A DNA stretch of 57,002 bases, from positions 1-57,002 of the IMG/VR virus record IMGVR_UViG_3300020045_013711; one strand, given 5' to 3'. The stretch comes from a virus (Duplodnaviria > Caudoviricetes). The notes beneath the pieces are model-generated. The model was not told the DNA's origin. It saw nothing but the letters and a program-made list of their open reading frames with translations, and did no database searches. The position numbers were made by a program, and so were the translations under genes. Positions 16,787 to 26,861 of this stretch are shown one piece after another (position 1 is the stretch's first letter; every line of letters begins with the position of its first letter).

Positions 16787-18424
16787 TTATTTGTTATATA
16801 ATTTACTGTACAAATCTACAAAATGCTGCACAACTACACTATTTCCTGCTTGCTTGTATTTTTGTGAATCTGAAACTTCGCTCCTGAAACCTTCATTGAA
16901 ATCCATTAATCTAAAGCATTCAAGGGGAGTCAATTTTCTGATTCTTTGTTGATAATTATGAACAGGTGTTTGTCCTCCTCCCATTCCCATAGCACTTGTT
17001 AAACATGGACTTATTCCATTTGTTTGAAATGGCTGATTATCTTGTAAACCGCCTCTAATCCATAATTCTTTTTTAACTAATACTCCTTGATTACATTTAG
17101 TGTCTAAGGTTTGAGCTACTCCTACTCCTCCTCTTCTCGTCTCGGAGTTAGGATTTGAAAAATTTATAGAATCCTCTTCTGTTGCAATATCGTAGCCTTT
17201 TTTTGTGTTTGCATAAATTACTACAACATTATCTTTCTGAACCGTTGTCAATGCGTTTGAAGTTCCGTTTTCATTTATCTCAAGCATTTGTTCTGTTTCC
17301 AATCCAGAAACCCTGCTTTTTGGATTAATTGGATTTCTCCCTCTGATGGCACCAATTTTATAATCAATTGAAACTTCAACAAACGGCTGCCTATTCCCTC
17401 CCTGCATAGTATTTAAAGTTGGAGAAATTCCTTTGTCTGAATAAATCCTATCGTTTGAATGAATTGGATCATTTAATTGGATAATTTCATCTATATAATA
17501 GTTATCAGTTATAGCCATTTTATAGTATCTTGAAGTTACGCAATCAGCAATATTATCATCTGTTTTAGGATTAAATCTTTGACCAAAATCTCCAGGTTTA
17601 TTCATAAAACCTTTCAGCATTTTATCACTCAAAAAATACTTTTCATCAACAACAGGCTCTAAAACATCTTTCAATCTTTTTTCTAAATGAATTGGCTTTG
17701 GAAAGTTGAAATCATTTTCAGAATCATCACGAATGCCAATGATAAAAATACGTTCACGATTTTGCGGAACACCATGCTCTTTTGCATTTAAAACTTTGTA
17801 GTAAACATGATAAGGAACAGACTCTTCATTTGGGAATATAACCGGATTACCATTTACTGATTTTCCTCCAAGCAAATCAATCCAACGCTGAAAAGTTTTT
17901 CCATTATCATCTGAAAGCAATCCTTTCACATTTTCAAACATAAAATATCTTGGTTTATTTTTGGCAATGAACTCATGTGAATTGTAGAATAAAACACCTC
18001 TCCTATCTTCCTCTCCTTTTCGCTTTCCTGCCAAACTAAAAGATTGACAAGGGCAAGTATGAACTGAAATATCTAAACTTTCTTCTGGAATAACTCTTGA
18101 ATAAACATTCCAAGGATAATAAAAACTAAACAATCTTGCTGCACTTTCTTCATGCTCTTTCACAAACTCCCATTCTTCTTCTGTTGGAGGTTTTAATTTT
18201 TGGTTAACAAATCCACGATAGTAAATATCATCAATCTTTTTTATAATTGGAGTTTGCAATAATTCCATATCTTTTTCAGTTCCGAAATTAAGCAAATATG
18301 TATTTCTAGCATATCGATCCATATCGCAGGCAAAAGAAGTTTCATAATCAACTCCCAAACGTATCAAAGCCTGATCGAATGCACCGACTCCTGAAAAATC
18401 TGAACCAATTTTTATCTTTTCCAT
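16787..18424 (-). CDS. DNA (cytosine-5)-methyltransferase with long variable region
   Basis: FSGVGAF (I), PCQSFS (IV), FENVKG (VI), QNRERIF (VIII), RKLTPLECFRL (IX), KQAGNS (X). Confidence 0.93.
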   Translation of the reverse strand: MEKIKIGSDFSGVGAFDQALIRLGVDYETSFACDMDRYARNTYLLNFGTEKDMELLQTPIIKKIDDIYYRGFVNQKLKPPTEEEWEFVKEHEESAARLFSFYYPWNVYSRVIPEESLDISVHTCPCQSFSLAGKRKGEEDRRGVLFYNSHEFIAKNKPRYFMFENVKGLLSDDNGKTFQRWIDLLGGKSVNGNPVIFPNEESVPYHVYYKVLNAKEHGVPQNRERIFIIGIRDDSENDFNFPKPIHLEKRLKDVLEPVVDEKYFLSDKMLKGFMNKPGDFGQRFNPKTDDNIADCVTSRYYKMAITDNYYIDEIIQLNDPIHSNDRIYSDKGISPTLNTMQGGNRQPFVEVSIDYKIGAIRGRNPINPKSRVSGLETEQMLEINENGTSNALTTVQKDNVVVIYANTKKGYDIATEEDSINFSNPNSETRRGGVGVAQTLDTKCNQGVLVKKELWIRGGLQDNQPFQTNGISPCLTSAMGMGGGQTPVHNYQQRIRKLTPLECFRLMDFNEGFRSEVSDSQKYKQAGNSVVVQHFVDLYSKLYNK

Positions 18425-18660
18425 TATTTTACAATATAATGTTTTTCCTGTAATTCACAATTCAAAAAATTTGATGTTTTTTTAATGCAATCTTCAACTG
18501 AGTTTCCTGCAATCCTACAATCAATCATAAATTCAATTCCAGATTGAAAAACAGCAATATATTTACGGTTTTTAACGATTGTTTCGATAACTATAGTTGT
18601 AAACTTAACTTCTGTTTTTAACAGGAAAGTTTTAATTTGATTTGGCTCTTTGTCTTGCAT
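18424..18660 (-). CDS. hypothetical protein
   Basis: 78 aa ORF. Confidence 0.5.
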   Translation of the reverse strand: MQDKEPNQIKTFLLKTEVKFTTIVIETIVKNRKYIAVFQSGIEFMIDCRIAGNSVEDCIKKTSNFLNCELQEKHYIVK

Positions 18661-18814
18661 TTGCTTTTTGTCTTTTTATTAGTTGATTTTTCCAAAAACT
18701 CAAAAGATTTTCTGAAACATGAAGTCTATTTTTGAATTTTTCTTTTTTTGCATATTCCGAAACTTTGCTTTCGTAAAAATCAATTCTTTCGGTTATTTCG
18801 GGTGTGGTAAACAT
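18632..18814 (-). CDS. hypothetical protein
   Basis: 60 aa ORF. Confidence 0.5.
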   Translation of the reverse strand: MFTTPEITERIDFYESKVSEYAKKEKFKNRLHVSENLLSFWKNQLIKRQKANARQRAKSN

Positions 18815-18977
18815 TATTGAACTGGTTTTAAATAGTTGTCTAAAAGAGTATTTATTGTAGTTTTCTTATATCCAAACTTTTTAATTATTTCAGAAACAGA
18901 ATTGTTTTGTTCGGTTTTCCAAAAATTAATTATTTTTATTTGGTCTTATTTTGGTATTGATTGTTTTTGGGTGCTCA

Positions 18978-19652
18978 TTATTTAAGTTTTAAGGCAACAA
19001 TCAAAATATCTTTCATTGCTCCATATTCAGGATTTAAAAAACCTGTCAGCATATCTCCAAAATGGTAAGCACTAAATCCCGAAAGCAAAACACAAACTAC
19101 AAAATGAAATTGACCAAACCATTTGTTATTATGATTTTGAATATGTATTAAAATTTCTTCTTTTCCGACTGGACCATCTATCATTTGTTGTGATCCATCT
19201 TTGTATTTATTATAATCTGGATTATCTATTTTGCCTATTATATCTTTAGTTCCTTTTACAAAATTATCTTCTTTTAAATTATTAGTTAGGTATCTTCTAT
19301 AAAAAATAAACCAATTAAATAAAGATGCTAATGTCAGCATTAAGAAACATATTGACCAGACTTTTTGTTGCTTAACTAAAATATCCCAAACTGATTCTGC
19401 ACCAATTTTTAAACCTTTGGCAATTTCATTGATTCCTTGTGCTATTTTAGGAGCTAATTGTTTTGCATCCTTATAAACTGTTGAAATAACTTCTTTTCCA
19501 TCGGAATAAACTGTTTTTGTTGCTGATGCAGTGTTGTTTTTAATTCCATCACTTTGCTCTTTGATTATTTTATTAATTTCAGCTTGACTTGTTTTTTGAG
19601 AGAATGTTAATGTAATTATCAACAACATTGAAATAGTAAGTAATTTTTTCAT
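18978..19652 (-). CDS. membrane protein with signal peptide
   Basis: MKKLLTISMLLIITLTFS signal plus two TM helices; own promoter at 19686. Confidence 0.7.
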   Translation of the reverse strand: MKKLLTISMLLIITLTFSQKTSQAEINKIIKEQSDGIKNNTASATKTVYSDGKEVISTVYKDAKQLAPKIAQGINEIAKGLKIGAESVWDILVKQQKVWSICFLMLTLASLFNWFIFYRRYLTNNLKEDNFVKGTKDIIGKIDNPDYNKYKDGSQQMIDGPVGKEEILIHIQNHNNKWFGQFHFVVCVLLSGFSAYHFGDMLTGFLNPEYGAMKDILIVALKLK

Positions 19653-19685
19653 GATTTTTAATTTTAATTGTTTTATTAAGTTTTT

Positions 19686-19704
19686 CAAATGTATAAAATA
19701 TACG
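19686..19704 (-). promoter_or_regulatory. promoter TACATTTG with TGTAT-N5-ATAC operator
   Basis: caaatgtataaaatatacg. Confidence 0.6.
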
Positions 19705-19862
19705 TTAATCTTTTTCGTCTAATTCAAAATTATCAGTAATTTGTTTTGATTCTAAATAAAGGATTTCGATAAAATGATAGGTGATAACTTTAATATTATG
19801 CTTAACCTTAATTTATTTCTTTTCTTCTTTGGTCTTATTCCTCCAAAACTTTAATTGCTCGG

Positions 19863-20489
19863 TCACAGTTGATTTAATTTATTTTTATAATAAATTCTAA
19901 GCTTTTCCAATTCTTCACGATCCCAATGGTAATCGTTTTTCTTTGAATCACCTGCCAATTCATTTAGTTCAGATAAAAATTCTTTTCCATACCGCTGTAA
20001 AAGTCCAACACGATAACCGCTTTCATTTCCATCATTGAACATATTGCAGCCTTTGCATTGGCCATGGATATTATTTTCATTGAATTTTAAATTTGAAAAT
20101 AACTGAGCTTTGAAGAAATGTCCAGCTTGAAAATTTGTGTTATAAGGCACACCGCATGAAACACAAGGTTTAAATTCATCCCTTTTACGAATATATTCGT
20201 GGCAAACTGTTCTAACATTTACCAATAAATAATTAAGCTTATCACGATCTTTTTTAAACTTTTCGGCTTTCTGAATTTCAGATTTGTTTTTTTCAACCTC
20301 TAAACGTGGCTTTGATGCTTTCAACATAGCTTTTTGCATAATCAATTTACCCGGTTCCGTATTCAAAATAAAATCAGGATAACAATTCATGCAAAGTCCA
20401 TATTTTCTATTAACAGTTAGCTTTCCGCAACCTGGAAAACTAACTGCTTTATTGATCCCTTTACATTTATGCTGTTTTGGTTGTATCAT
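19863..20489 (-). CDS. ninG: NinG/Rap-family recombination nuclease
   Basis: YIRKRDEFKPCVSCG, AGHF, NENNIHGQCKGCN. Confidence 0.85.
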   Translation of the reverse strand: MIQPKQHKCKGINKAVSFPGCGKLTVNRKYGLCMNCYPDFILNTEPGKLIMQKAMLKASKPRLEVEKNKSEIQKAEKFKKDRDKLNYLLVNVRTVCHEYIRKRDEFKPCVSCGVPYNTNFQAGHFFKAQLFSNLKFNENNIHGQCKGCNMFNDGNESGYRVGLLQRYGKEFLSELNELAGDSKKNDYHWDREELEKLRIYYKNKLNQL

Positions 20490-20685
20490 AAATTTTTAAT
20501 TATAAATTATATTTTAATTCCGCACATTTCTAAACATGAATCGCATTTTCATGTATTTGTTTTCCTAATTCATTAATCATAATTTCTAGCAGATTGTATG
20601 GCAATAGATATAATAACAATAAATAATATCATTAAAAAATACGGATTCATTACTACTTTTTTCATTTTTATGTTTGTTTTAAAAT

Positions 20686-21504
20686 TTATAATTCATTTTT
20701 AAATATTTCAAATTTACCTGTAAACCCATAAAGATAATTACTAACTAAAATACTTTTGCATCGGTTCTTAACGTACTCAAAAGGTTTGCCAGAATCAATC
20801 TTTTTTTGCAAATCAGCTAAAAGCGTTTTAATTAAAATACCATCTTTGGATTTAATCAATTCTTTTTCTTCGGTAATATGTTTGGCTAATTCCTGCTTAT
20901 AAAGTTTTTTCTTTTCCTGATCTGTTGGATTTATTTTGCCTTTGGCTAGTAAATCATCATATAAAAAATGTGCTGAATCTGAAAATCCTTTTTCTTGTAT
21001 TTCTTCAAAAACTGTTTTTAAGTAAGCTTCTCTGATTTTGTCTTTTTCGGTTTGAGTAACTTCTGCCGATTCAAGCAATAAATTTTTACGCTTATTTAAA
21101 AATGGCTCTATAGCTTGATTCCTAAATTCAATGTAAGCTGTTAATATTTCTCCAACTGCAACACAATCAATCAAACGGAAAACTTTTGTTGTCAATTTTC
21201 TTGAAACATACATTTGAAAAGCTTCTTTAACCTCTGGAGATGTTAACGTGTTGAATTGACTTGATATTAAATTATTAATCAAAACCATTTGCCTATCAAT
21301 ATCATCCTGGTCAACTTCATCAGAAACTTTTATATTCAATATTTCCAACATGAAATTTAAACAATCTTCTTTTTCTTCAAGAGTTGCGGTTTTCCATTTC
21401 TCGTTGTTTTCTTTCAGCATCAGCACGTAAGGTTTCTGTTGCTCTAGCAACGCTAAATCTTGCTGGTTTTTTTGTACTGTTGGCAAATTGTTGTTGTTTT
21501 CCAT
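20686..21504 (-). CDS. hypothetical replication-module protein
   Basis: 272 aa, overlaps the initiator gene; position typical of a helicase loader. Confidence 0.6.
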   Translation of the reverse strand: MENNNNLPTVQKNQQDLALLEQQKPYVLMLKENNEKWKTATLEEKEDCLNFMLEILNIKVSDEVDQDDIDRQMVLINNLISSQFNTLTSPEVKEAFQMYVSRKLTTKVFRLIDCVAVGEILTAYIEFRNQAIEPFLNKRKNLLLESAEVTQTEKDKIREAYLKTVFEEIQEKGFSDSAHFLYDDLLAKGKINPTDQEKKKLYKQELAKHITEEKELIKSKDGILIKTLLADLQKKIDSGKPFEYVKNRCKSILVSNYLYGFTGKFEIFKNEL

Positions 21505-22339
21505 TTTCTTTTTGTTTTTTGTCGTTATCGAAATTACCTTCTAAAATTTTTATAAAATTTGTTTGGTTTAATATCCAATCAAAATCTGCTTTCCATCCCC
21601 TATCATTTTGACCTTGTAAAAAATTTGATTCTTTTGATTTTTCAATAACTTTTTGAAAATCTTGTTTACTGAATTTTTTTATTAAAGCCGAAATTCCTTT
21701 TTTTCTTTTATCGGATAATATTTGAACTTTAGCCATTGAACCACAATTATCATTAAAAAACAATTTTAATTTATCATAATCAATTTTCAATTGTGGGGAA
21801 GTTGGATTTTTTAAATCCGACACACTCTCTATAGTTTCTTTTTCTAGTCTAGTCTCTTCTTTATCTAAGTCTAGTCTAGTCTCTTCTTTATCTGCGATGT
21901 TTTGCGATTGGGTTGCGATTGGGGTGTTATCGGGTTGCGATGGTAGTGCGATAACTTTAGATAGTTCAATTGCTTTTTCTAAGGATATTTTTTTAGACAA
22001 AAATTGTTCGTAAATATCTTTGTGCCAACGTTTTAAATTACCAACTATTCCGCTTGTACTCTTGTCTTTTTTATCTTCTTTGATTTCGAAAATTTGTTCA
22101 TCTAAAAATGAAATATAAATTTTTGTAATATCAATTGTTATTATTTTTTTTGATTTTAGAATGTCAAAATGATTTTCTTCAATTTCAATAATAGCATCTT
22201 CAATTGTCATTTCACAATCTTTACTCCAATACAAAGAACATAATCGTATAAAACGAGCCTGAGTAACTTCATCGCATCGTTGGATTTTACCCATCATCCA
22301 ACGACTAGGATTAAATTTAAACCATTTTATATCATCCAT
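21377..22339 (-). CDS. phage replication initiator / replisome organiser
   Basis: N-terminal WFKF...LCSLYW, internal DNA repeats, C-terminal FLQGQNDRGWKADFDWIL. Confidence 0.75.
   Translation of the reverse strand: MDDIKWFKFNPSRWMMGKIQRCDEVTQARFIRLCSLYWSKDCEMTIEDAIIEIEENHFDILKSKKIITIDITKIYISFLDEQIFEIKEDKKDKSTSGIVGNLKRWHKDIYEQFLSKKISLEKAIELSKVIALPSQPDNTPIATQSQNIADKEETRLDLDKEETRLEKETIESVSDLKNPTSPQLKIDYDKLKLFFNDNCGSMAKVQILSDKRKKGISALIKKFSKQDFQKVIEKSKESNFLQGQNDRGWKADFDWILNQTNFIKILEGNFDNDKKQKENGKQQQFANSTKKPARFSVARATETLRADAERKQREMENRNS
21843..21953. repeat. putative replication origin iterons
   Basis: two exact 24-mers tctagtctagtctcttctttatct (21843, 21870) followed by five TGCGAT units, inside the initiator gene. 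Confidence 0.6.
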
Positions 22340-22574
22340 TATCCACCTCGCTTTCTGTTATAAATTCACCACATTTTTGTAATGCTAAATGATATGGATT
22401 CAAGTATAAAAAATAACCTGATTCTTCATCAAAAAATATGGTTTTAGGTTTTGTGAATCTTATAAAGCATTTAACTTGTTTTTGAGTTACAAGTAATTGA
22501 AATGCAATATAATCTAGTCTAGGTAATGTTTTAACTCTTTCGAGTACTTCAGTTGAAATGGTTTTTTTATCCAT
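22332..22574 (-). CDS. hypothetical protein
   Basis: 80 aa ORF. Confidence 0.6.
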   Translation of the reverse strand: MDKKTISTEVLERVKTLPRLDYIAFQLLVTQKQVKCFIRFTKPKTIFFDEESGYFLYLNPYHLALQKCGEFITESEVDNG

Positions 22575-22595
22575 AATTTAACTATTAAATACAAA

Positions 22596-22704
22596 AAATT
22601 CCATAAAGTTGGCAGTGAACTAGGAAGTGCCTTCTAAATGGAATTTATGTTATATTTTACGTTATGTAGTAATGCTTCCTAGTTCATTACAGTTTTCAAA
22701 TTTA
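22596..22704 (-). promoter_or_regulatory. promoter (TAAATTTG) with structured 5' leader
   Basis: interleaved helices, see findings. Confidence 0.5.
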
Positions 22705-22967
22705 CACATTTATTTCAATGTACAAAGTTTTTTTAGTAATTTTTTAAATTATAAAAAATAAAACCACGCCAATAATAACTGCTAATATAAACAATGCTAT
22801 AAAAAGAACTGTTCTATAAATCATTTCTGTTCTTTCGTCATCTAAGTTCATGGCTTCACAAATATTAAAAAATACAAAGCTTCTAAGATAGCCACAACAC
22901 ACATCGATACTACAAATTTTATTAATAAATCTTCGTCTTTTTGTTCCATGATGGTTTATTTTTAAAA

Positions 22968-23000
22968 TTAAGGCTGATAAAATTTAGATATCAGCCTTAA
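22968..23000. terminator. hairpin / terminator
   Basis: ttaaggctgata / tatcagccttaa. Confidence 0.55.
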
Positions 23001-23010
23001 AATATGATTG

Positions 23011-23754
23011 TTATTGTTCAATAATTGCAATATCTGGACAAATTTCAGCGATTTTTTGCAATTGTTCGTCAATTACTTTATCTCGAATATCTTCCATTGT
23101 TTGATTTGCAGCAGGTGAAAGTAACACAAAAACAATATCACGTCCATTAACTTGAGCAAAAGTTTCTACTTCTATTTCTTCTGCTGTAGTTCCTTTGAAA
23201 ATTGGAATAGTAAGTTTAAAAGAAGGTGGCAAATTACTATTAACAACTTGACTAAAGTTATCTGTTGCACTTCCATTTTCTTTTACTGAACGCTCAATAT
23301 TGCTGTTTATTTTAGCTTTGAAGTTCATTAATTCTGAAACCAATTTCATGTTTTCTGTTTTATCTGGAAAGAATGAACGGTTCATCTTGAAAAACATTCC
23401 TAAATCTTCAGGTGTCCAAACTTTATTCGTGTTGATTCCAAATTCTTTAAATTTTGGATGCTGTTCTAAAACTCCTTTAATGATTCCTGTTTGATATTCG
23501 TCATTTTCATTGTAAACAAGTTTGATACTTATCTTTTCACGATTAACAAGGATATGGCAGCGCTTTTGATTTATTTGATCGGCTTGATCGTTTCGTTTAC
23601 TTAAGAATTCAGAAACTGAACCAATAACACCTTCAATATTTAATTTTAAAGGAGCTTTTATATCAAGTTCGTTAACTTTTTCAACTTCTCTAATAACAAT
23701 TTCTGCTTTTTCAACTCCTGGATGAAAATTCAATTCTAACTTTTCGTTTTTCAT
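23011..23754 (-). CDS. conserved Bacteroidota phage hypothetical protein
   Basis: 247 aa; LPPSFKLTIPIFKG. Confidence 0.7.
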   Translation of the reverse strand: MKNEKLELNFHPGVEKAEIVIREVEKVNELDIKAPLKLNIEGVIGSVSEFLSKRNDQADQINQKRCHILVNREKISIKLVYNENDEYQTGIIKGVLEQHPKFKEFGINTNKVWTPEDLGMFFKMNRSFFPDKTENMKLVSELMNFKAKINSNIERSVKENGSATDNFSQVVNSNLPPSFKLTIPIFKGTTAEEIEVETFAQVNGRDIVFVLLSPAANQTMEDIRDKVIDEQLQKIAEICPDIAIIEQ

Positions 23755-23823
23755 AATTCTAATTTTAAATTATTTTTAAATTAACCGCCTAAATTATTTT
23801 AAGCGGTTTTATTGTTTGATTAA

Positions 23824-24279
23824 TTATTCGTTTTCGGTTCCTGTTTTTCGGATTGTTTGAAAAACATTTGTCTGTAATTCATCGGCATAAGCTGGTCTAC
23901 TTTCAATTAGTTCTCCGTTTTCGTTGTAAAATCCAACTTCTCTATTGTCGAAGTCAATAAATTTAAAACATCTTTCCGTTACGTGTTCAGATTTGTTTTT
24001 CAATCCTTTTAGGATTTCTTTCTTTTCTTCAATTAAAGGCTTTAATGTATCTCCAAAATCCTTAACCGCTTGTTTTTTTTCTACTTCAATATCGTTAATT
24101 GAAATTGATAAATCAGAAAGCCCTTCTTTCATCTTTAAAAGCTGGTCCGGAGTGAATCGCTTCATATATCCTTTATTTTCTACTGAATCGCAATTGTCAG
24201 ATAAAAAATTGATTCTTTCTTGTGGACTTAAAATGTCCTTTCCTAATTCTCTTTGCATAATATTTGTGTTTTGTGCCAT
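23824..24279 (-). CDS. conserved Bacteroidota phage hypothetical protein
   Basis: 151 aa; VGFYNENGELIESRPA. Confidence 0.7.
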   Translation of the reverse strand: MAQNTNIMQRELGKDILSPQERINFLSDNCDSVENKGYMKRFTPDQLLKMKEGLSDLSISINDIEVEKKQAVKDFGDTLKPLIEEKKEILKGLKNKSEHVTERCFKFIDFDNREVGFYNENGELIESRPAYADELQTNVFQTIRKTGTENE

Positions 24280-24288
24280 TTTTGGCGG

Positions 24289-24651
24289 TTAAAAAATACT
24301 TATTTGATTTTTATTTTTTGTGGCATTTGATTGTTGTTTCAATGACATTTCAAGACTTATCCATAATTGTTGAGGCCTTTGATGGCATTTAGGATTTTTT
24401 GATAATTCAAATCCATTTTTAAATATTAATTTCTCTTTTGACAATTTTCTGAATACAGCACCAAAAACACGCATTTCAAATGGTTCATCATTACCCAAAG
24501 CAAAATAATCTTTTTTTAAATCTTCACTTGAAAATGATTTAAATTTAGTCCGAACCCATCCCGAAGCAAATATCATTAAATCGTTATAATAATTAATATT
24601 ATTATCCCTTACTTCATCAATGGCGTTTTGTGTTATTTCCTGATTTGTCAT
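24289..24651 (-). CDS. hypothetical protein
   Basis: 120 aa ORF. Confidence 0.65.
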   Translation of the reverse strand: MTNQEITQNAIDEVRDNNINYYNDLMIFASGWVRTKFKSFSSEDLKKDYFALGNDEPFEMRVFGAVFRKLSKEKLIFKNGFELSKNPKCHQRPQQLWISLEMSLKQQSNATKNKNQISIF

Positions 24652-24662
24652 AACTAGTGTTT

Positions 24663-24887
24663 TTAATCTATAAATCCTTTTAATTTTAAAGTTCCTGGAT
24701 CACATAGTAATTTACCTTTTTCTAAATAAACTGGTTGTTTCCCATTAATAAGTGGATCAGAATGATAAGTTCTTCCGATTAATCCGTTTTTTGTTTCAAC
24801 TAAATATCCTTTGTTTCTGCTGTTTAAACCTGCAAAAGTATTTAGTTGTTCAAACTCAAATTCTAATTCTTCATCTGATAAATCCAT
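24663..24887 (-). CDS. hypothetical protein
   Basis: 74 aa ORF. Confidence 0.6.
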   Translation of the reverse strand: MDLSDEELEFEFEQLNTFAGLNSRNKGYLVETKNGLIGRTYHSDPLINGKQPVYLEKGKLLCDPGTLKLKGFID

Positions 24888-24890
24888 AAT

Positions 24891-25304
24891 CTAAAAGTAT
24901 TGCAAAATTTCGTTTTCTATTTCTTCATCTGATACTCCAAGCCATTCAATAATAACTGATTTTATGGATTCATAAAGTTCGCTAAATTCTATCTCATCCA
25001 TATTGGCAAAAGAAATACTTTTAGCGTGCTTAAAAACTTCACCTGTTAACACATTTGCACTTTCAGTATAATATCCTGCTGTAATGGTTAAATCACGTCT
25101 TAAATCGTTTAAATTTAAATATGCTTCTTGATTTTCAAAACACAATTTGAATAGTGCAAACATTTTTTTGTGAAATTTTAGATTCCGTTGCTTTTTATAT
25201 TCAATTTCAAATTCTTCTCCAATAGGTATTTTAGAATACATTTCATAATCTGAATCATACATTGGAAGTAATCCTTTATGTGTTTTTTTTACCAAAAGTT
25301 TCAT
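24891..25304 (-). CDS. DUF1367-like protein
   Basis: RNLKFHKKMFAL, LTITAGYY, KSISFANMDEIEFSELY. Confidence 0.75.
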   Translation of the reverse strand: MKLLVKKTHKGLLPMYDSDYEMYSKIPIGEEFEIEYKKQRNLKFHKKMFALFKLCFENQEAYLNLNDLRRDLTITAGYYTESANVLTGEVFKHAKSISFANMDEIEFSELYESIKSVIIEWLGVSDEEIENEILQYF

Positions 25305-25669
25305 AATGAAACTTTAAGTTCTTTTTTAAAAATTGCTGAGTATATATTTTGCCATTCGTGAACAAATTCTAAATGAGTTCCAGTCTGGATATGAATAAAT
25401 CTAACACCAGTAAAGTAAATCGATGAATTATCTTCAAAATTACCCAAAGAATATGTTTTTTCAACTCTTCTAAGTTGTTTATAACCTGCTTTTTTTAACC
25501 ATTCAACTGATAATGGTATTGGATTAATCCATTCTATTGGACATCCAATAAATTCATATTTTTGAAGTGAATGTATAGAATTTTTAGTGATTGAAGATAC
25601 AATCAATATATCTACATTTTTATCAAATACAAAGTTACCAATTCTTAAATCACTACTCTTTAATTCCAT
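25301..25669 (-). CDS. hypothetical phage protein
   Basis: DLRIGNFV, PIPLSVEWLKKAGY, FVHEWQNIY. Confidence 0.65.
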   Translation of the reverse strand: MELKSSDLRIGNFVFDKNVDILIVSSITKNSIHSLQKYEFIGCPIEWINPIPLSVEWLKKAGYKQLRRVEKTYSLGNFEDNSSIYFTGVRFIHIQTGTHLEFVHEWQNIYSAIFKKELKVSL

Positions 25670-25807
25670 TTTCTTTAAATGTGTGGTTAAAAGCAATATC
25701 CTTTGGGTCAATAACCGAATTACAATAAATAGGCAATTCTTTTGATGGAATCAACCGTAACATTAAATTTCGGTTGTGTTGTTGGAATTTTTGGTTAGTT
25801 GTTTTCA

Positions 25808-26107
25808 TTAAATTGTAATTTTTGTTAATTTTCTTTTTTTAAATTCTAAACCTAATTTACCTAACACCAATTTATTATTTGGAAGATATAAAATTCCTTG
25901 TCCTGAATCAGTGTTTAAAACAAATAATTTATCCGCTTCTTCAGTTGATATCGGCATATTTGCATCAGAATTATGATAACCTTCAATATAATTTTCATAA
26001 ATTCCTGCAACATGTTTCGATTGACAATACCCTTGATTATTTTCTCGCCATAGCGTTATAAATTTATCTTCTTTTGATGTGTGTTTTAATGAAATAATAT
26101 AATACAT
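25808..26107 (-). CDS. hypothetical protein
   Basis: MYYIISLKHT...ITLWR. Confidence 0.65.
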   Translation of the reverse strand: MYYIISLKHTSKEDKFITLWRENNQGYCQSKHVAGIYENYIEGYHNSDANMPISTEEADKLFVLNTDSGQGILYLPNNKLVLGKLGLEFKKRKLTKITI

Positions 26108-26126
26108 AATTTTTATTTTTAAATTG

Positions 26127-26861
26127 TTAAAATGCATCCTTATTGAACTCTATTTCTAATCCTTTTGAAGCGCAAACAGTTTTTTTACCTGTTAGTTCTT
26201 GAACTTCTTTTTGAAATCGTTTTTCATCTGAATTTGACTCCGAAAGATGAATAAGCACGATGTTTTGAACCTTTCTTAAATCATTTGCTAAAAGCATTTC
26301 TTTGCAGTCACGTAATGAGAAATGAGATTTAAATATTCTGTTTTTCAAAAACTCTTTTCCGTTATCGTGGCTGTATTTTCGTTTGATAATATCGTGACAA
26401 AAATTTGCTTCAATAATGATATTGTTTAATCCTGGAAAAACATAATCGCAGAAGTTTGTATCTGTGATAAATGCGAACTTTCCTGTTTCTGGATGGTCTA
26501 TTAAAAACCCAACACATGGAACGTCATGACGAAGCGGAAATGATAAAACTTTAAAATTACCAACTTGAAATGATTTATATGGTTCAATAACGCATTCAGG
26601 AAGTGCCACAACTCCATATTTATTAAAAACATCTATTTGAGCATAACATTTAATTCCTAGTGAATTTACTTGTGAAAAGCTCTTAGTATGATCTTGGTGA
26701 ATATGTGTAGACAAACACCCAACAACTTTACCAATATTAAAATCAATCGCTTTTTTTATCTCTTGAATTGAAACCCCACATTCAATTAGCAGGGTTTCAG
26801 TTTCATTTTCCAGAACGTAGCAATTTCCAACTGATCCGGAACTGATTACTTTTAGTTTCAT
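26127..26861 (-). CDS. MBL-fold metallo-hydrolase (putative exonuclease partner of RecT)
   Basis: SGSVGNCY, THIHQDH, HDV, TDT, EAN, LIHLS. Confidence 0.85.
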   Translation of the reverse strand: MKLKVISSGSVGNCYVLENETETLLIECGVSIQEIKKAIDFNIGKVVGCLSTHIHQDHTKSFSQVNSLGIKCYAQIDVFNKYGVVALPECVIEPYKSFQVGNFKVLSFPLRHDVPCVGFLIDHPETGKFAFITDTNFCDYVFPGLNNIIIEANFCHDIIKRKYSHDNGKEFLKNRIFKSHFSLRDCKEMLLANDLRKVQNIVLIHLSESNSDEKRFQKEVQELTGKKTVCASKGLEIEFNKDAF

